The position numbers and the translations under genes are program-made. The notes beneath the pieces are model-generated. The model saw nothing but the letters and a program-made list of their open reading frames with translations, made no database searches and was not told the origin of the DNA. From Marsupella aquatica (lineage: Eukaryota > Plantae > Marchantiophyta), in assembly GCA_973895155.1 (NCBI GenBank), contig OZ316899.1, forward strand, positions 7,195,241 through 7,259,240: a stretch of DNA of 64,000 nucleotides. The letters run 5' to 3'. Shown here piece by piece: positions 51,801 to 63,292 of this stretch. Numbering within the stretch: the stretch's first letter is position 1; every line of letters begins with the position of its first letter.

Positions 51801-53582
51801 CAAGGGATTATTGCGCTGCAGCAGGAGCTTGCATCCCTGACGGCCAGCTTCAAAGCCGACCTGCGTGAGAAGGACAATATGCTCGATCAGACTTACGCCA
51901 AGATGAACCAGATGGAGTCTGTCATCATTGCAGAGCTCGACAAGGAGTTAAGAGCGACCCAGTAGGAGAGAGCTGCGTTTAAAAAGGAATTGGAGGAAGC
52001 CCAGAAGGAGCTGGAGGAGGCGCGCAAGGACCTGGACGAAGTGCAGGAGGAGTTGGAGGAAAGCACGCGGAAGCTAGAGAACTTACAACGACGAGCTGAC
52101 AACCAAACGGAGTGGCTGAAGAAACAAGCCGCAATATTTAAGTGCTTGGCTTCATCAGGGCCAACTCAAATTGAGGCCACTAAGTTACCAGGAGTGGTAC
52201 TGGCCAAAGGACAAACCGCACCATTTGCACCAGTGCCGGAAGTAAGTGAGAAGGGGAAGGGGCCAGCTGCCGAACCAGAAAAGAAGAAGAAACGGAAACC
52301 TTCAGGGTCAAGGAGTAATACGGCTCCACAGGCCGTGGTGACCATGGAGGTAAACCCAACACCGACCTCAGGCAGGATTACGGCAGAGGATCCAACTACC
52401 CTAGAAGGGGATGACAAAGCCAAGGCCAGGATACTCGGTAAAGCCGAGGTACCCAATCTGCCACTTAAGTGTGCAGGGGAGGCCGTAGCCGAGGCTGAGG
52501 CCGTAGCCAAGGCTGATGTTGAAGCCGATGCCGTAGCCGATGCCGGCGGTGGACCCAGTCAGGCCGATGGAGAGTTGACTCAGTCAAGGATAGGTAATCT
52601 GTCAGAGAACGAACCTACGGCAGTGGCTGAGGAGGAAGCATTGGGGGCGTCCACTGAGGGACAGACACCGCTGCCATGACGGTGGTGGAGGGCCGCTCCT
52701 TTCAAGGAGGGCGGACGTGGAGGGAGGAGGCGTGAGTGGGCAGGGCGGGCTCAGATCTCTAAGTTTAGGATTAGGATCAGGACCAGGAGGCGGCCCTGAC
52801 ACTTAGCTTAGTGGGATTGCGGTTCCACTGGTAAGAGCAACACTTGTACTCCTGCCTCGTTGTACATAGGTAGATTCAGTTAGGTAGATTAGGCTTACGC
52901 TGCAAAGAATTAGGCGGATCCACTACCAGGATAAGTACCTGGGCAGCGGGGAGCTCAGGGCCTCTTCTTTAGCAAGTTTTTAGTTGCACTAGCCGGGCTG
53001 GGATCAAGTAGTAAGAGAAGCTCTCGGTTAGTCATACAATGACCCTTGTGTATATTCATGTTTCCTCATGCCTAAGAGCTTAATAGAGTTGGCCTCACGG
53101 CTTAGTTCGCAGAGCTTGTGTATGAGATGTACTGTTTGTATGGCAAGTGCCTGGTATGACTCAGTCAGAAGGAGTCATTTTGCTATTTGTGTGTCGCATT
53201 AACTTGTGTGAAGAGTGCCCACATCAACTAATAGATGAAGGAAAGTAAGCAAGGGAGTGAGAGTTGGATGTGTTGAGCTGAGAGAGGTCTTAGCGGCTTA
53301 ACCAAGCCTATTGGGGATCATTCCGGCGGCGGAATCCAAATATACCTAACAAGAAGGAGGGAAAGACAAACGAAGGCCTAGATTAGGTCGGCTACGTATC
53401 TCATGACCCGATGAAGGATCTGTCCAGTATATGTGTGTAAAATGTTAATAGTAGTAGTAGAGGGAGGTTAGCAGCGTCCCATGCCACTAAGCCGCAAAAA
53501 CGGCCTCGCCAAGCGCGAAACCTACGGGAATCGGCTTGTGAAGGGGGTTTCTGGGGTTTAGGGAGCCATGGGACGCACCACA
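48869..53582 (+). mobile_element. 4.7-kb solo LTR of the G1/G2-like family, containing a long ORF
   Basis: Termini TGTGATGC..GCACCACA; perfect 5-bp TSD GTATT (48864-48868 and 53583-53587); no gag/pol; no terminal direct repeats. Confidence 0.9.
49245..52679 (+). pseudogene. LTR-encoded protein (~1140 aa ancestral): Transposase_32/Athila-ORF-like core, Pro/Glu linker, long coiled coil, basic NLS-like KKKKRK
   Basis: GLEAFVRLPW..EFVGSW..TRVYGKDFYLT..VFGLP parallels GFEHLASLPW..EFVKNY..TRLRG..LT..IFGL of G1; two stops and two frameshifts. Confidence 0.8.
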
Positions 53583-54279
53583 GTATTGTTGTCTGCTTTT
53601 GTGAAGTTGATTTAATCACCATATCGGTGATTCTTGAAGTCTGTGTTGGTCTTTTGGTGGATTCATTGGTGGTGCGGTGAACTGGATTGTCGATTGGTGA
53701 TGCGGGTTGTTGTAGCTGTGCTGGTCGTCTTGAGTGTAGTGCCACAATTGGATCTTCGGGGAGCAGTGTCGTCTGTCTGGGAGCTGGAGGTAAGTGCGCG
53801 CGTCCCCCTGAGTCTTGGAAGGTCTTTATGTGATTCGCTTATCCTGTGACAGTTCAGAAAGGCTACGCATTCCAAGTAACCGGATTAGTGCCTTATGTAA
53901 TACTGGAGGTAGAGATTTTGTGAAGAGGTCTGTAGCGTTCTTCGAACTCGGGATCCACTGAACGTTAATTGTATCGCCATGTTGTTCCTGTGTAAAGAAT
54001 GTTTTTGGGGAAATATGTTTTGTCTTATCACCTTTGATGAATCCTATGGAAATTTGTTCTATGCATGGTCTGTTATCTTCGTAGATGACAATAGGGGAGT
54101 TGAGTTTAGGTTTACTTGTGGTTTCTTGAAGGTAATTGATTACATTGCGTAACCAGATGCACTCGTGGCTCGCCTCATAGAGTGCAATTATTTCCGAGTG
54201 ATTTGAAGAAGTGGTGGTAAGTGTTTGTTTTGTGCTCCGCCACGAGATAGCTGTAAGTCCAATTAGAAAGATGTATCCG

Positions 54280-54618
54280 GGGGTATAGCGACGGAGACAG
54301 GAAACAGGTAAACAGGAAATTTTTTTCCTGTTTTTAATATGCTGTTACCAGGAAAAAATCATTGTTACCAGGAAAAATGACAATTTAAAAATGTCTCCTA
54401 AAATATATTATTTTCAAAAAAAATTAACAATGCAACATTTTTGGCTAGCTTTGGGCGCTACTCTTAGCAGCGCCGGGCGCTAGCAAAAAAAACTGGTCGA
54501 CCAAAATAAATTCAAAAAAAAATTTCAAAAAAAAATTTCAAAAAAATTTCAAACAAAATTTCCACCCATTTTCCTGTTACCAGTTTCTGTTATTAAATCC
54601 TGTTTCCTATTTGCTATC
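54280..54618. mobile_element. Possible MITE / DNA-transposon remnant
   Basis: Imperfect terminal IRs (TAGC..AGGAAACAGG / CCTGTTTCCT..GCTA), internal GTTACCAGGAAAAA repeats, AT-rich; no TSD. Confidence 0.4.
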
Positions 54619-54624
54619 TTTTGT

Positions 54625-56179
54625 AAACACCTCCTCCTTCTGTAAGGCCACCCTCTCCTCCTAGGTTGCCTTTAGCTCTGCGTTGAGCTCATGGACAACA
54701 TCAAACTTGATCTTATTCATTTTGTCATAGGTTTGATCGAGCATGTCATCCTTCTTCCGCAGCTCAGCTTGGAAGTTGGCCGACAGGTCCTCCAGGTCTC
54801 CCTTCAACTTGTCGATGCCCCTGTAGGTCTCATCAAGTTTGGCTTGTTTCTGATGAAGGGCCTTGCGGCATTCTTCGATCTCATCCTTTAGTGCCCGCTC
54901 CTTCCCTTGGGCCTCGGTTATGGCTCTATTGCAGGCCGTTATGTGAGTTGCCTCTGCCTTCTTCAGCTCCTGCTTCCACTTCTCCTTCTCCTTGAGGGCT
55001 TCGGCCAAGTCTTCCTTAGTCTGGGCTAGTTGCGCTTGCATGATACTTATTTCATGCTTCCTAACTTGTAGCTTGTCCTGGGCCTGCTTGGCCACCTTTA
55101 ACTCTCCGGTCTCGGCTTCCTTCTCCCTTAGCCGTCGGATGACTTCCTCCTTCTTCATCCTCTCCAAGGCCAGTGCATCCTCCAATTGGCTTTTCTCCAA
55201 CGTCTCCTTATGGATGAAGGGTCCCGTCTCCAATTCTACCCCAAAGATGTCGAGGGCGAGTAGCCCGCACATCCTCCCATACTCCAGGGCTCTGGAACGT
55301 GCATAGGTGGAGTGGTTAGGAGATGTCGGCATCTCTCAACGTGGCCTTCTGTCCCAAGCCGCCCTCCGTATCTCCTCAAACGTGGGCAAGGGCCCGGCTT
55401 GAGTCCCTGCCAGTCGCCAAATGTCCTCTGGCCATCCACCGCCTGGCAAGTCCTTCTCCTTGGCCAGGGTTGCTTCCTCTAGGTCACTGAATTGCTGTTG
55501 CAACTCGTGATTGGCCTGTTGTCTTCCGTCAAAAATTGGTGGAGGTACGTCCGGTGGGGGAGACTCAGGGCTCCCCTGCTGTTGTGGATCCCCACGCACC
55601 ACTCTTGGTAGTCTGGGGATAAAATGGCCGCAAGTCCGCACCCGTGGTACCGAGCAATCTGACCCGTAACCCAAGTCCTCATGGTATTCCTCCACATATT
55701 TCCCGGCCTCCGGCCGTCCTGGTGCCTGCTTGTCCTCTCTAGGACTAGCCGTAAACCCGGCCTCCTGCCAAGGATTATACATGCGTGCGGCTTGCCCTTC
55801 CGGCTCCCGCACCTGACTTCCGCACTCCTTTTATGGACTGGGAACCTTGGGTCCCAGTTCCTCTGATTCTTCACTCTAGGCTCCTACGTACATCCGCACC
55901 CCTGGCTTGTGCTTCGGCCTGCTTCTCTTTACGGCCCCGGCCATGGGTTCTCCTTCAGCGGTTCTTCCGGTGCCCGCTACCGCTGCCTCTGGTGCTAAAG
56001 CCGCCTTCTCTTTCTTCAGTATGTGCAGGAGGCTCTGCATGGCCGGTTGTTGCATTGGCCCGACTTCCGGCGCCTGTCGGAAGACCTGAGCTATCATGGG
56101 GCTGTCGGGCGGGTCGGGCTGCTTTGTTGTCGGCCTCGGTTCTGATTCCTCTTCTGACACTCTAGCCTGCAGGGGAAGG
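54625..56179 (-). pseudogene. Diverged paralog fragment of the LTR-encoded ORF
   Basis: GVRMYVGA, DLGYGSD, EKDLPGGGWPEDI, RALEYGRMCG..DQTYDKMN align with 50.4-52.0 kb. Confidence 0.85.
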
Positions 56180-58866
56180 ATTGGTGCTCCATAAAGAATG
56201 ACTGGTTTCACCAAAGCTCCAAAGAGATGTTTCCTTAACCTCCAAGTGTGTAGACCAGCTCTTTTGCATTTGTTCATGAATGCATAAAAAGCTCTGTACC
56301 CATTGGCAGCCCTAGATTTTACACATGAGGCCCAACTCAAGTTTTGAGAGAACTCCACCCCAAGGTATTTGTAGGTCCTCACAAATTCCACCAGATTCCC
56401 TTGGAAGTAGAGCTCTGGATTTTGTCGTGTGCCAATGCCCAAACACTTGGTCTTCTTGAGGTTGACTACCATCCCTGTTGCTTGACAAAACTCCTCCAAG
56501 GCATTGAGATGTCTTTGCAAAGCTTCTTGAGCATGAGCAAGTAGGACCACATCATCTGCAAATATAAGAAGTTGGAGGACAAACCTACCCAATTGAGTGC
56601 CAACTCCACCATGCTCCTCCAAAATGTTGTGTAGCTGATCAATGAAGATGCCAAAGAGAGTTGGTGAGAGAGGACAACCTTGGATCACCCCAAGAGTGCT
56701 CCAGATTTCTTCAGAGGTTTCCTTTGAAAGTTTGATGCGCACTTCTTGGTACAATTTAGAAACAGCCAACCTGAGCTCTTCAGGCACTTCCAACTCCACC
56801 ATCCTATCCCAAAGCTTGGATCGAGAAACTTTGTCAAAGGCCTTGGAGAAGTCCACAAACAAGCAAAATAATGGTTTATGTGGAGATTTGGCCTTTTCAC
56901 ACAACACCCTCAAGCAGAGAATGTGATCCATAGTGCTGAATTCTCTCCTAAAACCTGCTTGTGAAGGTGCCCTTTTCATCTCACTCTCCAACCAAGAGCT
57001 TAATTTGGCTTCAAGTAGTCCTCCCAAAACTTTAGCAAAAGTATTGCCTACCATGATGGTTCTGTAGTTGTGCACATCGTCCTTGTTGCCTGCCTTGAAG
57101 ATAGGCACCACTCTTCTGGTCATCCAAGCTTTAGGTAAACCTAAAGCCATTGCTTGATTCAGCTCATGCACCAAGTTTGTTAGTAAAGAGGGTCCTCCCC
57201 ACAAAAGAAGCTCCAAGTTCAGGCCCAACAGATCTTTAGCTTTCCCATGTTGCATGTGGGAAAGATGCACCTTCACCTCCCTCTCTGTAAACTGAATGGT
57301 GTCCCCAAGGGGCAAAGGCATGCCACTAGCATCTGGAAAGAAATACAAGGATGTGACATAGGTTACCAGGTCCTGGTGATCCAAGGGGGGAGTAGTCTTG
57401 CCTGATTGCATTCTCTCCCAAAAACGTTTTGGATGTTTGATGAACTCCTCACATAGTGATTGTTGATGACTCTTCAAGAAGCACCTCTTCTTGTGTTTGA
57501 TGAAGTTCTTGTACATAGTGAATGCCAAAAGTCTCTTTTCCCCTGAATGTGATCTTGCTTGCATCCTTGCTCTAGCACAATCCTCGTCAAACCAAGCCTT
57601 CATGTTTTGCTTTCTAGGGGGTTTGGTGGAGAAAGTAGAGGCTGCTGCTTGTGCTATGACTTCTGAGAGCTCAATCTGATCATCCAGGGTATGGAGAAGA
57701 TGTTCAAAGTTGGCTTTGAAGATGACTTCTCTATCAGGGTCTAGAAACAGAGGTTTGGGTACTGGCTTTCTATGCACTTTGTTTGGGATTGTGGTCAGGT
57801 CAAGATGGAACAACAAAGGCAAGTGTGAAGACTCTGGTTGTTGATCAAGTATTTGAAAGTCAACCACTCTAGTGGCAGAGGTAGGTGAGGCAAGAAGGTA
57901 ATCAATGGTACTACATCCTTGTTTAGATCTAAAAGTGTAACCAGATGATTGGGGAAATCTCTCAAGCCCATTCAATATTCTTAGATTACAAGAAGCTCCC
58001 AAATGCAAAAAGTGACGTGTCATGTCATTTGTTCTGGTGTCAAGAGCCTCTCTCACCCAAGGTATCTCTTCACTACATGATGACCAAGGTAAAGTTCCTA
58101 AGTCCTCACTTTCAGTAAATTGTTCATTAGATACCCTGGCATTAAAGTCCTCCACTATCCATGTCTCCCCTAGTGGTGATATATCATGAATGACTTGGAT
58201 TAACCTATGAAATGGATAATGTGCATCAGCAATTCCCATCTTATAGACATTCATATTAAGGGGAGCAAAGTAGGTGACAATCAGAAATGATGGAGTACCT
58301 CTAGTATGAAGTCTCACCACCATGAACTGCTTGCTGGGATCTTCATGTTCAATAGAGGTGATGTGTTGAAGTTGATTCTTGGTGTAGACAGCAATGCCTC
58401 CAAACCCTCTTCCCCGTGTGGTCTTCTTCTCATTGAAGATGGATTGTATGCAAGTAAAGCCTTTAATGCTAGGTAGAGCATTTCCCTCATATTCCCAAGT
58501 CTCCGTGAAAAGCAAGATGTCAAAATTCTCAAACAAAGGTTCCCCTCCAATTGCTGTTTCTATGGAAAGTCCTGAAACATTCCATGCCATGACTCTCAAG
58601 GTCCCGATCCATCATTTAGAAACAACTCTCTTCTTATTGGTAACAACAGCTTGTCCATTGCGCAAGTAGGCTACCAATCCTTGGTCTTTGGCTACCCTCA
58701 CCTTCTCAAGCTCAATTTTCCTTGCTTGGACTTGTGTGGGAGTCAGATCATCATCCAACCAAATCCTTAGCCCTTTAAGCATGCTCCTGTTAGCCATCAC
58801 TCTAGCTTTCTCGAATTCAGCTGCAAACTTCACCAAGATTGGACGTGGAAGGTCCCCTTTGGTGAA
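56180..58866 (-). mobile_element. RTE/RTEX-like LINE copy 2: ORF1 C-terminus plus APE endonuclease-RT, 3' end deleted
   Basis: ORF1 RPILVKF..IWLDDDLT (58612-58860); EN WNVSGL/ETW/DFNAR/IDY/SHLP; RT near-identical to copy 1. Confidence 0.92.
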
Positions 58867-58869
58867 TAT

Positions 58870-61800
58870 TTCTCAACCTATTTTTCAGTGGCTCCGACAT
58901 CTCTGCTTTTAGTGACACCTTCACAAGGCTCTTGAAATATCCAGTGTCCACCATTGCACAACAATGATCCAATTCCTCATCAGTGAAATTATATTGCTGA
59001 ACTACATCACCCCAAGTTGATCCTTGCGAGAAAACCCCTTCGTACTTCTCCCGATAGAATCGAAGTATTGCCCCCTTAAGTTTCTCTGTATACTTTGCTT
59101 TTCTTGCCAATTCTGACATGGCGGGAAGATCAGTCAAAGCATGTTTTTTTTCATCAAAAGCGCCTCCCCCAAATTCACTTTGTGGAGGATTTCCAAGATG
59201 TCGGATTCTACGGCACCCTCAAAAACCCGGAATGTTGTCCCTGTCAACTGTTTTGCTTCTTTCGATTTTCCTGTCATTTGTCCGGATGAATCCAAAAGAT
59301 TACTCTTGAGCCAATTATTGCAAACCTCTCTCCATAAAGAGTAGAGCTTCTCGGGAGCAAACAAAATCCAATTGTACTCGCTGATGCTATTCACCTTTAA
59401 CGTAACTTTCGTAAGTGTTTCATACTCCTGGGAGGAAAGACCAAACAACTCAAAGTTAGCCAGCTCAAAGTTTCGAATCCCCAAATACTGGAAAGGCTCT
59501 ACACGACTCTCGCGTAGAAAGGATTTTGTTCACAACTCTCATGGAGAACCTCCCTGAAATTATGGAGATTTTCGACCCGATGGAAGTGGACGAGCTGGTC
59601 GCCCCATATCACTGTATTGCATTCTTGCATGTTTCACTTGATCAATAAATGGAGATGAAAACCAATGTGCCTCCGCCTGAAGGTTGTTCGCGTATGAAAT
59701 TTCCACAAGAACTTTCACCGGAGTTGACCCTTTGAGAATTTGCGCTCGACGATATTTGAGCAAATTGGCTGTTTGCATGAGAGATGGTTGGGTCTTTGAA
59801 CTCTGGATAATTTTCTTGGCGGCCATTGTGGAATGTTGACCACTGATGGCAAAGAACTTGAATTCCGCAAGCTTCTTGGTGTCAATGTCCTTTCCCGCAA
59901 GGTCAATTAAACTCGGTACTCCGTTGATCATCTTGTAAGGAACCAAATCTGCAGGTAAAGGTTCTTGCCCTGCATTTGTCATCATCAGTTGCGCAAGATG
60001 GTTGACATGCTCCTCATTGAGGAGTCTCTCATTCATCTTGGCAGGAGGGGGATGGATGTTTTCAACCGGGACAGAAAAAAATCTGGATATCCCAAAACAA
60101 TACCAAGACTTATTCAACTCCAATGTTTTTTCTGCAGTCTCCAGACGAGCACGGTCGACAACTAGCTTCGCGGAACTAGGGTTCTCGTCAATCTCAACAG
60201 CTTCCTGATTTTTCTTTGCTTTCTTGGGCTTGCGAACGACAGCTTGAGAGGTGATGACAGCCTGCTTCTCAACGTTTGGGGCCTTCTTCCCCACGGCTTT
60301 GACCATGGGAGTTTTCACAACAATTTTAGCCGACTCTGTGGTCGTTCCCCTTCACTTAGGAGGCTTTGCCCTTGATTCCACAACTACTGATTCAACATCA
60401 AGTTTTGCTTTTTTGTTTCCCTTTGGTGCAGGATCTTTTACGACTCCCTTTCGCTTCAGCGTCCTGATCTCCGGTTCAACCTTCTCAACTTTCTTCCTGA
60501 CCGACTCAGATTTCTGTCCAACCCGAGACTTTTGAGTCGGTTTCTCCTCCTCAGGTTTTTCTGGTGAAGCAACTTTCTTTGCTTTGCTTGATTTTCGTAT
60601 TCCTTGCGCTTCCTCGACAACTTGAATTCTCTTCCGAGAAGATGTTGCCTCTTCTTGTTTATCAATCAAAGATAAGTTTTTTCCACCTTTCACTTGAGGC
60701 ACGACTTCGCGCTGGTCAGAAACAAGAACTCTCTTTCGAGATGGTTTCTTGTCTTCTTTTTGTTCTTCCCGTTGAACCTTCTTGCGGCCTGTTTTTGCCG
60801 TAGGCGGCTCATCTGCTTGATCAACGACTCTCACTCTCTTCCGAGGTAGTTTAGCTTCTTCTTTTGTTTTCTCAAAATCAACCTTCTTCCGACCTAGTTT
60901 CCCTGATGGTGATTTTTTGTCCACTGCTTTTTTCTTCCAACTGGGTGTGGATGACTCTGACACGACACCAGCTTTCCCCTTCCTGGGCGAAACTCCCTTT
61001 GAAGTCTTTGCGTATCGCTTCTCTATTGGAGGCTTTGCTGGTGGGATGACCTCATTTTGTTGAATTTCCCCACTCTCACCATCATCGTTGGTTGGTTCAA
61101 CTGCACCTTCTAAACTTGTTGACTCTGACTCATTCTCTGACCCCGCCCGATTCTGAAAAGTCTTCTTGCTCTCTTCTTGGACACTTCCCTCCTCTCCGTC
61201 ATCCTCATTTTCTGTCTCATAGACTGATATCGTTTCATGGGACTTGCTCTCTCCAGAGGCGGACGAGTCATCCTCGGAGGAGTCATCCTCGGAGGAGTCA
61301 TCCTCGTCCTTTCCCTCCCCATCATCATCGTCAATCTCTTTTCCACCAGCTTCTTTCTTCTTTGGGCGTACCAAGTCTTGGATTACTGGATGCTCTCGAA
61401 TCCATTCCTCCACCTTTGTCTCACTGAAGTGTTTCATGAACACAACATTCGGAGAAATAGTCATCTTTCTCCTCCAGTCATCGTCTGGGATCTTCATCCG
61501 CATTATGTGATCCACCTCTCGTGTCCGAGAGATAAAATTTTCGGACTGCTTCATGACATAGGAGACCCATCCAAGCCCTAGAATTATTTCATCAGCCGTA
61601 AAGACCCGATCAGGTGACAGCCATCTATCCACTAAAGGATCAAAGAAACCGCAAGAGACAACATTTATGTCCTGGTTGTAAGGTTCAAGACAATGTGCTG
61701 AGCAAAACCCATGAAGTGGAGCAACCATCTTTGAAATTCCAAGAACTCTCACACTCCAATGTCAGCAGAAGAGATGGGTTGTCCTTTGGGGACGCAAACC

Positions 61801-61933
61801 TCGTACAGTCTGCGAGAGTGCCAAAACTCACAAAGTTTCTTCGTCCATTTTCTATTTTAACTCCCCTCACAATCAAACGGTAGTTGCCTTTGACTGGTTG
61901 CAATTCAAAAGACCATGAATTCACTGTCGCCAA
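58870..61933 (-). pseudogene. Unclassified TE-like gene: acidic and Lys-rich N-terminal half plus ParB/Srx-like domain
   Basis: 60352-61752 and 59560-60318 are in the same frame across a single TGA. Motif VPVENI.PPP..NERLLNEEHV..L...M..FFAISGQHSTMAAK. Probable intron ending TTTCCAG near 59488. Confidence 0.55.
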
Positions 61934-62125
61934 AATATTCTGAAGTTTTGCGATCGTTGGAGTTTCAATGCGAAGCCTGTCAAAACGGAAATAAACAGAG
62001 CGAACTCCTAGAAGACAAGGAGAAATATGTCAAACATCTGCACGACACTCGCGTAGAAAATAAAGTGAGCCGAAAAACTGTTGATTCATTACAAACAAAA
62101 TGATGTCAAAACATCCTTTACAAAA

Positions 62126-62227
62126 TGGCCTCTTTGGCGTGTAAACGGTCCCGCAAAAATGACTATCAGACCTCTGGCCTCTTTGGTGTGTAAATGATCC
62201 CGCAAAAAATGACTATCAGATCTCTGG
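62126..62227. repeat. ~50-bp tandem duplication
   Basis: TGGCCTCTTTGG(C/T)GTGTAAA..CCCGCAAAAATGACTATCAGA twice. Confidence 0.8.
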
Positions 62228-63267
62228 AGATAGTCGTATGAGCCATTTGAGCTCATCATCATTCGGAGTCAAAACATTGTCCAGATTTAAGAAAACAATC
62301 TGATCCGCTAGAAACATAAGAGAACCTTAACTCAAAGTATGCGAACACATGTGGCCATGAAGGCAACAATTGTTTTTTTCCAATTCAATTCATCGCACTT
62401 TGGTATCCAATTGTCTTTCCCTCTCTCGGCCATCGGCCAGCTCCTGGCGCAAGTCATGAACTTGACAATCTCGAAACTTCTCCATCTCAAGAGAAGCTTT
62501 CATGGACTTTGCCGCTACATCGCAAGTAGTCAAATGTTGGATCTGTGCCCATCGATACTTTGCAAACATCTGCTCCCGCTCGTATTCTATTGCTTCCTTT
62601 TCATCCTCCAACGCTTTTTGGAGAATGGAATTCTCCATCAAACTCATATCAAAAGCAGAAATACTTTTTTGCAACAATCCCTCAATCTTCTCAAAATCGT
62701 CCTTGCGATGAGCGCCTTCCTCTAGAAAAGTTGAAAGAACAAAGTCACATGAACAATGTTTTGATTCCAAATGGTACTACCTCCGAACGAGGATTTAACA
62801 CTCTACAGAACCTGAGTTTCTACACGACAGTCACGTAGAAATCCATTGTCTTCCAAGATTGGAGAAACGGTCTACGCGAGACTCGCGTAGAATTGAACAG
62901 GAAATTCTAAATTCTAACATAAAGGCTCTCAAATAGAGAGTATGGGTCGATGAAAGAGACCCACTCTACACGACTCTCGTGTAGAGCAGACTCAAGTTTA
63001 GCACAATCCATAGAAAATAGAGAAATGCAGGTCATAATTACCTTTGAGCTTCCTCAATGCAGCCAGAGCAAGTAAGCCGGCATCATTTTCTGCCAAAGAA
63101 GTTGTCATTGCCTTCGCACGTGCGAACTCCTCCACGACAATGTCAAGCACTGACCAGTTGAGCAAAAACAAATAGAAAACACAAATGATCCAAGGTCCGA
63201 GGCCCGAGGTCCTTTTATAGTCCGAGGCGAGCGTGAAAGAGCGTGAAACAATCTGAGGGCCGAGCGT

Positions 63268-63292
63268 GAGAGAGAGAGAGAGAGAGAGAGAG
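63268..63292. repeat. (GA)n microsatellite
   Basis: Seen directly in the sequence. Confidence 0.9.

Larger units (their letters stand above)
48195..54280 (-). mobile_element. Second Bianca-like Copia remnant (3' LTR ~48195-48477, 3' UTR, RNase H), split by a solo LTR
   Basis: TTGCAACA followed by reversed PPT CTCCCCCTTGG; minus strand at 54280-54000 reads GYIFL..AISWRSTKQTLTTTSSNHSEIIALYEA. Confidence 0.8.

Noticed and set aside
51960-51966. Stop at nearly the same place in two LTR-ORF paralogs (also 54661-54663), suggesting programmed readthrough
   Set aside because: The stops are at adjacent, different codons (ATQ*ER versus AT*EER), so they are independent mutations.
50400-56179. Large inverted repeat (50.4-52.0 kb versus 54.6-56.2 kb) as transposon TIRs or a hairpin locus
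   Set aside because: The arms are diverged paralogs from independent insertions, separated by Copia sequence.
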